DNA from: Entomortierella parvispora E1425
Lineage: Eukaryota > Fungi > Mortierellomycota
Direction: 5' to 3'
Assembly (NCBI GenBank): GCA_020891255.1
Contig: BQFW01000015.1
Span: 620,001-684,000, forward strand
DNA length: 64,000 nt
In this document: positions 61,751 through 64,000 of the stretch, piece after piece
Layout of the letters: each line of letters begins with the position of its first letter
Numbering within the stretch: the first letter of the stretch is position 1
Program-made: the position numbers and the translations under genes
The notes under the pieces: generated by a model
Seen by the model: only the letters and a program-made list of their open reading frames with translations
Told to the model about the DNA's origin: nothing
The model's database searches: none

Positions 61751-63392
61751 GAAGCCCACTTTTATGTAAATATCATGTTTTAGTCGTTATCTTGCACAAT
61801 GTGAACATCATTAAAGAAAAAGGTGTATATACCACTATGTAGACAGAGTCAACCGAAGCCGCGACCACGTTCCAGTGCGGTTTGCTGTTTGTTCGGGGAG
61901 TGAACACAACAGGGTAGCACGTGGCGTGCTTTAGTTTTTGACTTCAGGGGCCGATGGAGAGGACGATCTGATCCACATGGTTCCTTGCAGCGATTTGTTT
62001 CTCCGGGCCACTGCTGAACTGCTTCATCGGCACATGAAGATATCCGCTCGGCGATAACGTCGTTTCCTTCCTGTTGTGTTCTGCGAAGGTCATGGCATCA
62101 AAAATGCTTAATGGGCTGTCCCGATCCATCATTTCAGAATGAAAGTCAGCGGTGGTGAGAATTTTGTTCTTTGGGTTTGTTTTAGGGGGAGGCAAGTGCC
62201 GCAATACTCTAAACATGCCCGTGGGTCATCTTTCGCAATTGGCTGACAAACAATATTTTTACTTTTATGACCATGCGCCTTGACCCAACAATGATAGCCA
62301 GGTTCTGCCTCTTGGCTATCCACGTTGTTATCCGAGGCTATTTGTTGCCCACTATTAGACAGCTGACATGCTTCTGTTGACCGGTCCACTTCTTTTTTCA
62401 GGCTTCAGAGATCCTACCCACAGACGTGAAATTAACCAAGTCCTCCTCACGGGGGGAAATCACTGCCGTACGCCCGAAGAACTCTAGCCACAGCGAAAGG
62501 AAAGGGGCTTCTGGGGATCCTGTCCACCACAATTGTGAGTGATGGCTTTTTGTGCCACCTTGAACCTTTGATGAAGTTGTCGCACAAACGGAACAAAACA
62601 GTCAAAAAAAAAGAATTTCCACGATCCGTCCCGTCATCCGACCGTGTGGGCCACAGGCGGCCTCAGAGGAACAACACAACAAGACCGCCCTTATCGAAGC
62701 AGAAAGAAATGGAAAGAGCGAAAGGTGTAAAGATGAGCCACAGAAGAAAAGAGGGGGAAGCACTGTGCAAAGATGGGTGTGTCCCGATGGGTGATTTGAG
62801 AGCAAAACTAGATGAGGGCAAGCACTTTTGAGAACGATGGCGCGATGTTGATTTATTTGAAGGGCCCGAGTTGCTGCAAGTCTCACTTTCGCAATGGCGT
62901 GCCAGCTTGCTCCTCGTGCGACGACAACAAACCTCTCCGCGATGGCCTGCAGGAGACTGGCCAACAAAATAGCAGACCATGTCCACCGCGTGGTGCAAAG
63001 GCAGGAGCAAGTGGCAACTTTGACCGCAATCAACAGCTGAGAGACCCACACGGTTCACTGAGTACCTTGCTGCTCAACAATCCACTATCGTCATTGTTGG
63101 CATCCACGTTGTCTGTGTGAATCTGTGCAGGGTGAGCCTGTGCGAGGGGCAGTCGAAGAGGTTCTCGACCCTTGTTCTTCTCTGTTGTCGAATCATTCAT
63201 TCCTCTCTCATTTGCATTCCTTCATCCGTTAAAACCGCATCACTTTGTACCCACTTTCCTCAAAGCACTCTTTTGCCCTCTTGCTATCCTTCTCACCGAC
63301 AACAATATCCCTATTATTTCGATTAGATCAACCTACTCAGGAACGCGTTTCTCTTTCTCCCAACCTTGCACTTACCACAGAGACCGTCGATA

Positions 63393-64000
63393 ATGAACCC
63401 CAGGGGCAGCAGCCTTCATTTGGTGGGTTTTCCGGACAACCCTGTCCACCACTATCGTGGCATGAACAAAAACATCTGCTGGAGTCCCGACGCATTTGAA
63501 ATGGATGTTGACCTTTCACAGGCATATCAATCCAGTAGATTGGTATCTAACACTGATAGCCACTTCGCCAAAACTCGCTCCAGCACGCAGACCAAAGCTG
63601 GAACCCTCCGAGAAACAACGTCGACAACCTCTTCCTCTATTTTTGACCTTGAAGTTCATTCAGACTCCACCCTATACTCTCACGCCCCCGCTTGCCCTAA
63701 TCCCAATCAGTCATTGCAGCCACAAAAACCCCAGCAGTTGCGTAACGAGAATAAGATGGGAAAGAAGACTCTTGGATTTCTCAGGAACAGCAGCAGTAGC
63801 CAAAACCAGGAGAACAGCAGCAGGAACAGTGACGATATGCTGTACTGGAGCTCGCAGCCACCTTCAATTGTCAGTGGCCAGTTTCCAGCGATACCCGCAG
63901 CACCATCATTTCAGTCCATTTTCAACAGCAACGGTCCCTCGAATAGCAATAAGGATCATGACAGCGATCGATATGAAACTACCCCTCTTATAATTATGGA
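63393..64000 (+). CDS. Partial ORF of unknown function (S/N-rich N-terminus) running off the window edge
   Basis: ATG at 63393 opens a frame (MNPRGSSLHLVGFPDN...DRYETTPLIIM) with no stop before 64000; absent from the supplied track because it is unterminated. Confidence 0.55.
   Translation, partial: MNPRGSSLHLVGFPDNPVHHYRGMNKNICWSPDAFEMDVDLSQAYQSSRLVSNTDSHFAKTRSSTQTKAGTLRETTSTTSSSIFDLEVHSDSTLYSHAPACPNPNQSLQPQKPQQLRNENKMGKKTLGFLRNSSSSQNQENSSRNSDDMLYWSSQPPSIVSGQFPAIPAAPSFQSIFNSNGPSNSNKDHDSDRYETTPLIIM

Noticed and set aside
61900-63100. Short ORFs after the CNT gene as a decayed transposase
   Set aside because: Only vague resemblance (e.g. WVKAHG); no catalytic motif, TIR or TSD found.

Overview
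Intron-rich fungal nuclear DNA, probably Mortierellaceae (inferred from gene content and style; not verified). The first 13.5 kb is a nest of retroelements. A dead Ty3/gypsy chromovirus (element A) carries three related solo-LTR-like inserts (X0, X1, X2) with 4-bp TSDs. X1 and X2 sit back to back at the same ACGC site, and a young 6-kb Ty3/gypsy element (C, identical 151-bp LTRs, 5-bp TSD) has inserted into X1. The rest is a run of ordinary genes: PPR protein, photolyase-family protein, tRNA-Glu, two FAD monooxygenases, AzgA permease, DNAJB12-like, PAQR, TAT-SF1/Cus2, deoxyhypusine synthase, RBM18, a Zn2Cys6 factor, a FAB1-like kinase and a CNT transporter. The standout is a six-exon minus-strand gene (39528-33839, about 1,740 aa). 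It fuses an N-terminal FEN1/XPG-type PIN nuclease with all seven catalytic acidic positions to a C-terminal TnpB/Fanzor-type RuvC plus zinc finger with an intact D-E-D triad, and has no transposase nearby. A truncated 3' fragment of a second Fanzor-like family, with a candidate guide-RNA hairpin, lies about 2 kb away on the other side of the DHS gene. All family calls come from motif recognition by eye; no database search was run.
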